Shown in pieces: positions 1 through 8,650 of a stretch of DNA of 64,000 nt. Source of the stretch: Planctomycetota bacterium (GTDB lineage: Bacteria; Planctomycetota; GCA-002687715; CAIWVZ01); assembly GCA_044222185.1 (NCBI GenBank), contig JBGANV010000013.1, positions 1 through 64,000 of the forward strand, in the 5' to 3' direction. How positions within the stretch are numbered: position 1 is the first letter of the stretch; every line of letters begins with the position of its first letter. Under the pieces are notes generated by a model. That model was given only the letters and a program-made list of their open reading frames with translations. It searched no databases and had not been told where the DNA came from. The translations under genes and the position numbers were made by a program.

Positions 1-572
1 CGCAGGCGCGCGAGAAGCGGCTCGCGGAGACGCTCCGGACGAGGGAGACGAAGATCGAAGAGCTGGTCGGCTGTCTCAGCCCCGCGCTCGCGCCGATGCT
101 CGAACCAAAGATCTTGGCGCTGCGCGACGAGGTCGAAGCCGTTCGACTCGAGATGGACGCCCTCCGCACGAAGCGCCTCGACGTGGAAAAGGCCCGCGAC
201 GACGTGAAGCGCATGGTTCAGGGCCTCGAAGGCGTCGCCGCGGTCCTGGGATCGGGCACGCTCCTCGAACGCCGCGAGATCCTGCGCGGGCTGGTCCAGG
301 GCATCGTGCTGGACCCCGCCAGCGGCGCCGCCACGATCACGTTTTTCGAGGTGCCGAGGACGCCTCGCAGGCCCGCAGAAGACGGCTGCGCGACCTCGGA
401 GGGGCGAGATGTGGTGCCCGGAAATGGAAAGAGCACGAGTCATTGCGACCCGTGCTCTTCCTACTCGATGGCGGGGGCAGGACCGTCAGGCTCCGAGAGA
501 ACGGCGGCGCCCTCGCGGCACCGCGGCCGGCTCACGATGGCGCTGGTTTGGGTCGCGGTGACCTCGCAATGA
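1..572 (+). CDS. C-terminal part of a large serine recombinase (5' part lies outside the window)
   Basis: Frame is open from nt 3. Near-identical to the last ~175 codons of the recombinase at 38957-40858, but ends in a different tail (..SSYSMAGAGPSG..LTMALVWVAVTSQ). Confidence 0.9.
   Translation, partial: QAREKRLAETLRTRETKIEELVGCLSPALAPMLEPKILALRDEVEAVRLEMDALRTKRLDVEKARDDVKRMVQGLEGVAAVLGSGTLLERREILRGLVQGIVLDPASGAATITFFEVPRTPRRPAEDGCATSEGRDVVPGNGKSTSHCDPCSSYSMAGAGPSGSERTAAPSRHRGRLTMALVWVAVTSQ
431..482. repeat. att junction 1 (hairpin plus 16-bp match to the tRNA-fMet 3' end)
   Basis: GAGCACGAGTCATTGCGACCCGTGCTCT is shared with 40780-40807. GATGGCGGGGGCAGGA at 467-482 equals 40816-40831. Confidence 0.85.
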
Positions 573-655
573 TCGATCAAAGACAACCGCCGACCGCGGG
601 GCGCAACTCGCCAGCGCCGCCAGTTCCTCGCGTACAACTTGCCTGCGCAGGACAC

Positions 656-880
656 TCACGATTCGCTCCGACGGCGTCGATGACCAGCTCCCATCAACTT
701 GCGCAGGGCGCTGTTGACGGCGGCATCACCGCGGAAGGCCTTCGCGACGTCCGGTTCCAGAAGAACGACGTTCGTTCCGGCAGCGTACCGCGAGGCATAC
801 TTGCCCCGCACACCCCCCCTGAAGTCGACCGCGCTCGGAAGAGCATCCCCACCGCTCTGCTTTCGCTTACGTGTCTTCAT
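656..880 (-). CDS. brnA: BrnA-like antitoxin
   Basis: DFRGGVRGKYASRY..VLLEPDVAKAF..VNSALRKL; overlaps and follows BrnT. Confidence 0.75.
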   Translation of the reverse strand: MKTRKRKQSGGDALPSAVDFRGGVRGKYASRYAAGTNVVLLEPDVAKAFRGDAAVNSALRKLMGAGHRRRRSES

Positions 881-1145
881 ACTGTTCGGCCTCCCGGCGT
901 GAAGCCCGGCGCGCGCTGATGATCCTGATGACGTCCTCGATCTCCGTGTGCGCAACCGCCAACAGCCGTCCCCGCGACGATCGACCCAGGGTGAAATACC
1001 TGGGCTCCTCGAAGGAGTGACCGGGATCGTCGACGGTGAGCGAACGAGGGTCCCCGAACACGGTTGCCGCTTCGTGAAAGTCGATGCGATGCTTGCGTCG
1101 ATTCGACGTTGCCTTTCGTTCGTCCCACGTGAATTCGAGTCCCAA
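867..1145 (-). CDS. brnT: BrnT family toxin
   Basis: FTWDERKATSNRRKHRIDF..EEPRYFTLG..IRIISARRA signature. Confidence 0.92.
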   Translation of the reverse strand: MGLEFTWDERKATSNRRKHRIDFHEAATVFGDPRSLTVDDPGHSFEEPRYFTLGRSSRGRLLAVAHTEIEDVIRIISARRASRREAEQYEDT

Positions 1146-1338
1146 GTCTCAGGTCCTCAGAGTGCTCTCGTCTCCCGGTGTCCATGACGGCCAACATCGT
1201 AGCGGAGATCCCTGGCTCGCTCCCATCGAGGACTCCGATCTTCCCGATTCGCACCCGACGAATCCTCGGGACATCGAGGTGTTGAGCATCGAAGGCAGCG
1301 TCAAACTGCGCGGACTCTCGGCGCGCTACTTTTCCCCG

Positions 1339-2418
1339 ATGAAACCTCCCCGCCGTCCCGCGTTCTCGCTTGCCGTCGCGATCCTCGCCGGCTTCCTGAA
1401 CCGAAGCCAGCACGACGCGATCGAGTACCTGCGCGAGGAGAACCGAGTGCTGCGGGAGATGCTCGGCACCGGCCGCGTTCGGTTCACGGATGACCAGCGA
1501 CGCCGCCTCGCGATCCGGGGTCGGGAGCTCGGACGCGCCATCCTCGAGGGCATCGCGACACTCGTGACACCCGATACGATCCTGGCGTGGCATCGTCGTC
1601 TCGTGGCCCGGAGTTGGACGTACAACCGCTCGGGTCGCGGGAACGCCGAAACCAGGAAAGAGATCACTCGGCTCGTCGTGCGGATGGCCAAGGAGAATCC
1701 GACCTGGGGCTACGATCGGATCCAGGGGGCGCTCAAGAACATCGGCCACGCCGTTGCGCCGAATACGGTGAAGAGCATCCTGAAGCGGAACGGGATCCAA
1801 CCCGCCCCTGACCGTGGGAAGACGACGCCGTGGAAGAAGTTTTTGAAGGCGCACGCCAAGTCGATCTTCGCGGCCGACTTCTTCACGACCGAGGTGTGGA
1901 CCGCGAAGGGGCTCGTTACGCATTACACACTGTTCGTGATCCACCACGCAACACGCGCGGTCCGGATCGTCGGCACTACGGCGAATCCTGGCGCGGTCTT
2001 CGTCGAGCAGTGCGCGAAGCTCCTGACCGATCCCGTCTACGGATTCCTTCGTGCGGCGCGCTTCCTCATCATCGATCGGGACACGAAGTTCACCGAGGCA
2101 TTCCGGGCGATCCTGAAGGACGCTGGCGTCCGAACTGTGCTCTGCCCCGCGCGGGCACCGAATTGCAACGCGATCGCCGAGAGATTCGTGAAGTCCATCA
2201 AAGACGAGTGCCTCGAGCGAATGATCTTCTTCGGCACGGCGTCGCTCGATCGCGCCTGCGCCGCATACGTCCCTCATTACAATTCGGAGCGGAACCATCA
2301 GGGCCGCGAGAATACTCTGATCGAGCCCCAGGCGCCAGTCGGATCGCAGGCCGGCGTCGTCCGGCGGCGCGAGCGGCTCGGCGGATTGCTGAGCTTCTAT
2401 CATCGTCGCGCCGCGTGA
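1339..2418 (+). CDS. DDE transposase, integrase-core (rve) type, IS3/IS481-like
   Basis: NPTWGYDRIQG HTH region; ADFFT, IDRD, NAIAERFV and HYNSERNHQG motifs. Termini were not clearly identified. Confidence 0.88.
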   Translation: MKPPRRPAFSLAVAILAGFLNRSQHDAIEYLREENRVLREMLGTGRVRFTDDQRRRLAIRGRELGRAILEGIATLVTPDTILAWHRRLVARSWTYNRSGRGNAETRKEITRLVVRMAKENPTWGYDRIQGALKNIGHAVAPNTVKSILKRNGIQPAPDRGKTTPWKKFLKAHAKSIFAADFFTTEVWTAKGLVTHYTLFVIHHATRAVRIVGTTANPGAVFVEQCAKLLTDPVYGFLRAARFLIIDRDTKFTEAFRAILKDAGVRTVLCPARAPNCNAIAERFVKSIKDECLERMIFFGTASLDRACAAYVPHYNSERNHQGRENTLIEPQAPVGSQAGVVRRRERLGGLLSFYHRRAA

Positions 2419-2541
2419 GCGGCAGCTTCCGGCAAGAGAGGCCATCGAGTGTCGTCATCGCCGGGGCGACGCTATCCCGTCGCGGTATCCGGTTGCTCGT
2501 GGACAGTGAATTCTATGCGCCAATTCGTCCCGGTTTTCGGC

Positions 2542-2602
2542 GCGATCGACGGTTGCACCACGCGGCGATCGACGTTTGCACCACGCGCGTTTTCACCACG
2601 CG
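2542..2602 (+). repeat. Tandem 23-bp repeat (2 full copies plus 1 partial)
   Basis: GCGATCGACGGTTGCACCACGCG / GCGATCGACGTTTGCACCACGCG / CGTTTTCACCACGCG. Confidence 0.85.
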
Positions 2603-2612
2603 AGCACGCAAC

Positions 2613-3101
2613 TCAGCGCTCATATCGACACTCCCGAAGTACAACCCAGGATCGAACTCCCTCGCTTAGTAGATTTCCGTGCGCAACGTCGAATATGCCC
2701 TGAAACTGGATCGGGCGACCGGGCAGCATCGCAAGCACCTCGGACACTGGGCCACCCCATTCACAGCTGATCGATTGATGCAGCACGCCTCCGATCGCCT
2801 GCGTCGCTGTCACCCTTATCGATACGGCTCGTCGCTCCACGTCGACCGACTGAATGACACCAGTACACCGAACCCAGCGTCCAACGACTCCGGTCATATC
2901 GTCCACCGGGTCTTGAAACGGATACCATATGGGGTTAGAATATTGACCCTCAGAGCTCGGAGTTGATTGCGTCGAGTCGCGCCGAGGTCGGTTCACATTG
3001 CCGGCCAGAAACAACCCTATCGCGATTGTCAAAGCGATCGCGAGCACGGGCCCAAAGACAGGGCCCGCCCGCCTTACGATAGTGCTACTCAAAAGGGGCA
3101 T
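2613..3101 (-). CDS. Membrane-anchored hypothetical protein, possible OB-fold; 5' region abuts the IS
   Basis: One TM helix followed by a beta-rich domain (GRWVRCTGVIQSV..ISCEW..PGRPIQFQG..VVLREC). Confidence 0.55.
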   Translation of the reverse strand: MPLLSSTIVRRAGPVFGPVLAIALTIAIGLFLAGNVNRPRRDSTQSTPSSEGQYSNPIWYPFQDPVDDMTGVVGRWVRCTGVIQSVDVERRAVSIRVTATQAIGGVLHQSISCEWGGPVSEVLAMLPGRPIQFQGIFDVAHGNLLSEGVRSWVVLRECRYER

Positions 3102-3130
3102 ACCACGGCATCCTCGGCTTTTTCTTAGGG

Positions 3131-4699
3131 TGCTGCCAACCACAGCATTCTGCACTTTCTGTTCGAGAACTCGTCACTGGCATTAGCACGGATCCCCCGA
3201 CGTTGAGTGACTCTCATCGGCGCATCATCGAGAGGGAAAGGCCATGGCAAGCCGCGGCCCACAAGAACGTTACGATCACCGGCTTCGTGATCTGGTGCGA
3301 GAGACGGGCGATAGAGCTGTCGCGGTGAGGCTCGGCGTGCCTCGCTCGACGGCTGCTGGTTGGGCACGATCCTCGAGACGGCCGGTCCTCACGATGAACG
3401 GTTCGGAGCCGATTGCTGAGCTTCCCCTGCGCGATGAGGTCGCGCGCCTTCGACGCCGAGTCTCCCGACTGACCGCGCTTCTTCGGGTTCTCTTTGCTGT
3501 CCTGCAGGCCTTCGACTTCAGGCTTCCGAACCGACGCCTCGCTTCCGGCGCCGGCAAGCAGCGTGTGGTTCGTGCCATCGAGGGCGCCGTCGACGCCGTG
3601 CCGCTCCGCACGGTCCTCCATGTGATCGGTCTGTCGGCGTCCCGATTCCATGCCTGGAAACGCGGCATCGCCGGCTGCCCTCTCGACGACCGAAGGTCTT
3701 GTCCGAAGACGACGCCCCAGCGCCTCACGATGGAGGAGGTCAGAGTCGTGCGCGAGATGGTCGTCTCCGAGGAGTATCGCCACGTCCCGACGGGGAGACT
3801 CGCGGTCCTTGCCCAGCGGCTCGGCCGCGTCTTCGCCTCGGCGACCACCTGGCATCGTCTCGTTCGAGAGAACGGTTGGCGCCGTCCGCGCACACGGGTC
3901 CATCCCGCCAAGCCGACCGTCGGCATCCGAGCCGCCGCTCCCGACGAGATCTGGCACGTCGACACGACGGTGATCCGGTTCGTCAACGGGGTGCACGCCT
4001 ACCTGCATGCCGTGATCGACAACTTCTCCCGACGAATCCTTGCATGGAAGGTGGCCGAGAACTTCGATCCGAGGAGTACGGTCGAGATCCTTGCTCGCGC
4101 TGCCAAAGCACGAAACGGCCGCGAAGGTTCGCCGATGCTGATGGCCGATGCGGGAGGCGAGAACTGCAATCACCACGTGGACGACTTCCTCGCCCCTGGC
4201 GTACTACGTCGCGTGATCGCAAGAACGCAGCTCTTGTTCTCGAACTCCATGATCGAAGCCTTCTGGAGGACATTGAAGCACCAGTGGCTGTTCCTGCATA
4301 GCCTCGAGAATTCTCGGCAGGTCGAGAGGCTCGTCGCGTTCTACGTAACCGAGCACAACTCCGTTCTGCCGCACGCCGCGTTCGGAGGTGAGACGCCGGA
4401 CGAGATGTACCTCGGCACCGCTGGCAACGTCCAGAAGACCCTGAGCACCCAGCGCGCGGCTGCCCGTGCCGCGCGCCTGGCCGCGAACCGATCTGCGCGC
4501 TGTGAGAGCTGTACGAGTCCCCAGGCGGGAGCCGAGCCCGATGCGGCCTGACGGGCCAACCATTCCACGAGCGGCACGACCGAGTACCTGGCTTCGACTG
4601 CCGACGCGGCCGGGCGTCCGCAACCTGTCCCCGCGTCCGGACCACCTCGCCCGTGTCGAGTTCTCGAACAGAAAGTGCAGAATGCTGTGGCACTCAGCA
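3131..4699 (+). mobile_element. Insertion sequence, 1569 bp, with 43-bp terminal inverted repeats
   Basis: TGCTG-N4-CCACAGCATTCTGCACTTTCTGTTCGAGAACTCG at 3131-3173 and its reverse complement at 4657-4699. TG..CA ends; no target duplication. Confidence 0.92.
3244..4551 (+). CDS. DDE transposase (rve domain)
   Basis: WHVDTT, VIDNFSRRIL, MADAGGEN, SNSMIEAFWRTLK and HNSVLPH motifs; N-terminal HTH. Confidence 0.92.
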   Translation: MASRGPQERYDHRLRDLVRETGDRAVAVRLGVPRSTAAGWARSSRRPVLTMNGSEPIAELPLRDEVARLRRRVSRLTALLRVLFAVLQAFDFRLPNRRLASGAGKQRVVRAIEGAVDAVPLRTVLHVIGLSASRFHAWKRGIAGCPLDDRRSCPKTTPQRLTMEEVRVVREMVVSEEYRHVPTGRLAVLAQRLGRVFASATTWHRLVRENGWRRPRTRVHPAKPTVGIRAAAPDEIWHVDTTVIRFVNGVHAYLHAVIDNFSRRILAWKVAENFDPRSTVEILARAAKARNGREGSPMLMADAGGENCNHHVDDFLAPGVLRRVIARTQLLFSNSMIEAFWRTLKHQWLFLHSLENSRQVERLVAFYVTEHNSVLPHAAFGGETPDEMYLGTAGNVQKTLSTQRAAARAARLAANRSARCESCTSPQAGAEPDAA

Positions 4700-5287
4700 C
4701 CGCAGGCGGCCGAGGCGCAGGCGCGCGAGAAGCGGCTCGCGGAGACGCTCCGGATGCGGGAGACGAAGATCGAAGAGCTGGTCGGCTGTCTCAGCCCCGC
4801 GCTCGCGCCGATGCTCGAACCGAAGATCCTGGCGCTGCGTGACGAGGTCGAAGCCGTTCGACTCGAGATGGACGCCCTCCGCACGAAGCGCCTCGACGTG
4901 GAGAAGGCCCGCGACGACGTGAAGCGCATGGTTCAGGGCCTCGAAGGCGTCCCCGCGGTCCTGGGATCGGGCACGCTCCTCGAACGCCGCGAGATCCTGC
5001 GGGGGCTGATCCAGGGCATCGTGCTGGACCCCGCGACCGGCGCCGCCACGATCACGTTCTTCGAGGTGCCGAGGACGCCTTGCAGGCCCGGAGAAGGCGG
5101 CGGCGCGACCTCGGAGGGGCGAGATGTGGTGCCCGGAAATGGAAAGAGCACGAGTCATTGCGACCCGTGCTCTTCCTACTCGATGGCGGGGGCAAGCTCG
5201 TCAGACCCCAAGAAAACCGAGGCCGAACGCCGGCTGCGCGCTTGCCTCACGATGGCGCTCATCTGGGTCGCTGTGAGCTCGCAATGA
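4700..5287 (+). pseudogene. 5'-truncated large serine recombinase (C-terminal ~195 codons)
   Basis: Begins at the IS right end. Near-identical to ~40335-40807; tail ..LTMALIWVAVSSQ. Confidence 0.9.
5146..5194. repeat. att junction 2 (left boundary of the complete element)
   Basis: Same hairpin as junction 1, plus GATGGCGGGGGCA at 5182-5194 matching the tRNA 3' end. Confidence 0.85.
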
Positions 5288-5444
5288 GCGGACAAAGAGA
5301 ACCGGCGCACGTTCGATCGACTGAGGTCGAGGAGTTGGATCTCGGCCTCCCTGGACGCCAGTCCTCGAACAGCGGCTCCTCGATGACGTCAGCGCCCACG
5401 ACGAATAGCGATGCTGCCGTGTGGCGATTGTCCGCGCGGCATGA

Positions 5445-7244
5445 TCAAAGGATCCGTAGCCGGAGGAAGGTTGAGACTCGAAATCCCGGTGCGAGCGTCG
5501 AGCCGCACACAGCCTGCGTGCCAAACGAGACGCCATGCAGCAACGGGTCGTTCGGCAGCACGTATGGAAGCGTCGCCGTGCCGTTCGCACTCGTCACTCC
5601 CGAACCCGTCTCGAAGACGGGCCAGAGGTGGAGCGTGCCCGGCAACCCGAGGTCGACCGCGGGGGAAAGCTCATTCAGACCGGCGAAGAATGTAACCGGG
5701 CTGCCAGCAGGCCACTGAACGGCTACGAACCCGCTTCCGCCGATCTGGTAGGCCGACGCCAATTCGGAAGTTGTCAGCGCCGGGTAGGCGCTCAGGGGAT
5801 CGATGTCGGCGGAGTCGACGAGGCCGTCCCCATCGCTGTCGGCGCCATACTGGAAAAGCGTCATCATGCCGAGGCTCATGTGCATGACGTCGTGGCAGTG
5901 GATCACCCAGCGGCCCGGGTTGTCGGCCAGAAACTGGACGGTCTGCGTGCTCGCGCCAGCGCCCACGGGCCTGATGAGGATCGTGTCCTTGATCGGCGGA
6001 GATGTGACACCGCCCGCCGCGTTCAGGAGGCGCATGCGGTGCCCGTGGAGGTGGATCGGGTGCCACATCTCCCCGTTCATCATCATCATCGACGTGTTCG
6101 TCAGCGTCACCTGCACTTCGTCGTTGGGCGACAACGCCATGGGCGTCACGTTGGGCCAGGCTTGGCCGTTGAACGTGAAAGCCATCGTCCCCGCGATCAT
6201 GTTCATGGCTACGCCGAGCGTCAGCGAATAGCTGCGGTTCGGCGCGGCCGTGATCGGTGGGACGGGATCGGCCGCAGCCAAGTCCGTGTAGGCGAGGAGG
6301 GTCCCAGTGGCGAGATTCGCCGGGACGTACGTGGCGGACGGCACTGGGTTCGTCGAACCCGCGTATGCGACGATTGCGCGGACGAGCGTAACGCCGCGAT
6401 TCGTAATGGCGGAAGCCGCCAAGCTCCACACGCCTGGGTTATTCAGATCGACGATGACGTCGTACCGTTCACCAATGCCGATAGGGATCGCCTGCCGCAC
6501 GACTGGGGTGATCCGCCGACCGTCGGCGTGCGTGACCGTCATGGGGTGCCCGTCGAGCGCGACCACATAGTGAGAGCGCGCCGCCGCGTTGATGAATCGC
6601 AGACGAAGACGCTGGCCGGCGTTTACGGTCATGGGCGTCTGCCCCGCGCTCGTCTTCCCGTTCATGAGGTGACCCGCGAAGGTGCTCGTCCCCGGGAACG
6701 CCGGCATGCTCATCGAGCCCATCATCGAGCTCATGCTGATCGCCCCGATGGAGTCGTCGAGGATGATCGTCCGCTCCACGTCGAAGGGCGGGTCAACTGC
6801 GGGATTGGCCGGGTCGACGATGAGCGCCGCATGCAGTCCTGTGTTCATCTGGTTCTCCGCATGCGGATGGAACCAGAAGGTCCCCGACTCACTTGGGACG
6901 AACTCGTAGGTGAATTCCTGGCCCGGTGCGACGGCGGGGCGCGACACGCCCGGCACTCCGTCCATGCCCGCCGGGATCTCGAGGCCGTGCCAATGGAGGG
7001 AACTCGGCTCGGAGAGGTTATTGACGAAACGGACCCGGAGCGTCTGCCCCTCTGTCACGCGGATCTCGGGGCCCGGCATCATCCCGTTGTAGGCGCCGAC
7101 GGTCAGCGTCGTGCCCGGCTGTGGCTGCACAGTCGCCAGACCGGCGGTAATCGTGTAGCCGACGGTCTGGCTCGTCAGTGGCCCGGTCAACGAACAAGCA
7201 AGCAACAGTGCGAGAGTGTATTGGTGCAGAAGACGGTTGATCAT
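5445..7244 (-). CDS. Secreted three-domain multicopper oxidase with an extra C-terminal domain
   Basis: HWHG, WFHPH, HPIHLHGH and HCHDVMHMSLGM copper ligands; signal peptide; DSDGDG linker; Met-rich loops. Confidence 0.93.
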   Translation of the reverse strand: MINRLLHQYTLALLLACSLTGPLTSQTVGYTITAGLATVQPQPGTTLTVGAYNGMMPGPEIRVTEGQTLRVRFVNNLSEPSSLHWHGLEIPAGMDGVPGVSRPAVAPGQEFTYEFVPSESGTFWFHPHAENQMNTGLHAALIVDPANPAVDPPFDVERTIILDDSIGAISMSSMMGSMSMPAFPGTSTFAGHLMNGKTSAGQTPMTVNAGQRLRLRFINAAARSHYVVALDGHPMTVTHADGRRITPVVRQAIPIGIGERYDVIVDLNNPGVWSLAASAITNRGVTLVRAIVAYAGSTNPVPSATYVPANLATGTLLAYTDLAAADPVPPITAAPNRSYSLTLGVAMNMIAGTMAFTFNGQAWPNVTPMALSPNDEVQVTLTNTSMMMMNGEMWHPIHLHGHRMRLLNAAGGVTSPPIKDTILIRPVGAGASTQTVQFLADNPGRWVIHCHDVMHMSLGMMTLFQYGADSDGDGLVDSADIDPLSAYPALTTSELASAYQIGGSGFVAVQWPAGSPVTFFAGLNELSPAVDLGLPGTLHLWPVFETGSGVTSANGTATLPYVLPNDPLLHGVSFGTQAVCGSTLAPGFRVSTFLRLRIL

Positions 7245-7692
7245 GCAATCCTCGGCTATTTGTGGGCAATGGGCGCGCGCGCGCCCGGGAAGATCTTACA
7301 CGCCGTCGGAATGTGTGGAGTTGTGAATTCCGAACCCCACCGCACCGAACTGGGGCAGTTCGAAAATGCGCTCGCATCGCATTCTCACGACGCCGCCGCG
7401 TCGTTCGTCGCGGACCGAGGTCCTGCGCACGCGGCCGAGCCATCTTCGGCGTGCGGTCCCTCGATCGCCCCCCCCCGAAGTGGAAGATCATCCGCCCTTG
7501 CAATGTCCGGGGTCGGCATGTCCAGATCCGGCGCGATGGCGTCGAACACTGCCGCTGACCATCCTCCTACGCTCGAAGCACGCCACTGCGTCCGCCCGCG
7601 GTCAGTGGCGAGCGAAATCTACGTCGTCGCCTTCACGGCGCGCGACAGTCAGCGATCGCACTGCGACGCGCCGCGATCGATCTAATACCCCG

Positions 7693-8232
7693 TCACGGGA
7701 AGATGAAGCTCGCAACGTTTGACAAGGTGATCGTCATTCCGTTGCAGTTGATGGTGCCACCGCCGCTCATGCTGCCGCTTCCCATTCCACCTCCGCCCAT
7801 CGTACCGCCGCCGGTCATGCCACCACCGTTCATCCCGCCGCCAGTCATGCCTCCGCCACCCATGGTGGTCTGCATCGTGACGACACCAGCCTGCGTGTAG
7901 GCCGTCGTTCCAGACAACGGATTCGGCAGCGACGCCGGATTGACGTTCACGACCAACGTCAACGCACCGTTGCTGTTCGTGGTTCCCATGTCCATGAAGA
8001 ACCAAGGTGTAGCGATACCGAGGGTGATGCCGCCCATCGTGCCCGGACCCTGGTTGAGCGACCCGGCGAGGATGACGTGCGAGTTGGCCGCTGCGTTCGT
8101 CACGCTGAGTGTGATGGTCGGCGGAGCCGGCGTGGTCGTCGCAACTGCGGACAGAGCCGGAACCTGCGCACTGACGATTCCGACCATGGCGACAAGCACG
8201 ATGAAGATCACGGCGAGTTTTGAATTAGGCAT
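7693..8232 (-). CDS. Secreted protein with a Met/Gly-repeat loop
   Basis: Signal peptide; GGGMT/GGGMN repeats; strong RBS (GGGAGA). Confidence 0.8.
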   Translation of the reverse strand: MPNSKLAVIFIVLVAMVGIVSAQVPALSAVATTTPAPPTITLSVTNAAANSHVILAGSLNQGPGTMGGITLGIATPWFFMDMGTTNSNGALTLVVNVNPASLPNPLSGTTAYTQAGVVTMQTTMGGGGMTGGGMNGGGMTGGGTMGGGGMGSGSMSGGGTINCNGMTITLSNVASFIFP

Positions 8233-8283
8233 ATGAAATCTCCCGAACGAGGACGGCGATTGAAGGCAATTCTAGGGGAGCAC

Positions 8284-8300
8284 TGCCAAGAGAATGCCAA
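8284..8300 (-). promoter_or_regulatory. Candidate sigma-54 promoter
   Basis: TTGGCATTCTCTTGGCA fits GG-N10-GC and lies ~50 bp upstream of the 8232 start codon. Confidence 0.5.
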
Positions 8301-8650
8301 CGCGTCGCGGACTGAACGATTGCCCCTTGTTCGTACGACGGCCATGAAACCAAGCGCATCCGAGCGACGCCCAAGAACGCCACTTGGATTCAATCGCAGT
8401 CCATGCACCAGCGGCTCTATGTCACGACCTCGAACCTCCACGCCCCGCTCAACTTCCCGAACCTCCTCCAGAATAGTCAGCGATCTTGACGCGCGGTCTC
8501 ACTCGGATCGAAGCTGCGTGAGACGGGACAACGCCGTTGGAGACCAACTCATCCTGAGCAGTGCGGCGCCGCGGTCGCTCATCCGGGCAACGGCTCTCCC
8601 TCCGCAGGTATGAGTATCGCGAAACCCCTGTTGGTGGGTTCCAGATAGAC

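Larger units (their letters stand above)
459..5173. mobile_element. Degraded ~4.7 kb integrated element (second member of the tandem array)
   Basis: Bounded by att junctions 1 and 2. Contains a TA pair, two transposases and a 5'-truncated recombinase. Confidence 0.75.

Noticed and set aside
467-482. Additional tRNA genes at junctions 1 and 2
   Set aside because: Only 13-16 bp match the tRNA 3' end; there is no cloverleaf.
4466-4699. N-terminal extension of the 273-aa ORF as a transposase-integrase fusion
   Set aside because: Read-through across IS terminal sequence. It is not in the transposase frame and has no convincing start.
7755-7865. DNA-level tandem repeat or contingency locus
   Set aside because: Codons vary among the GGGM units, so the repeat is at protein level.
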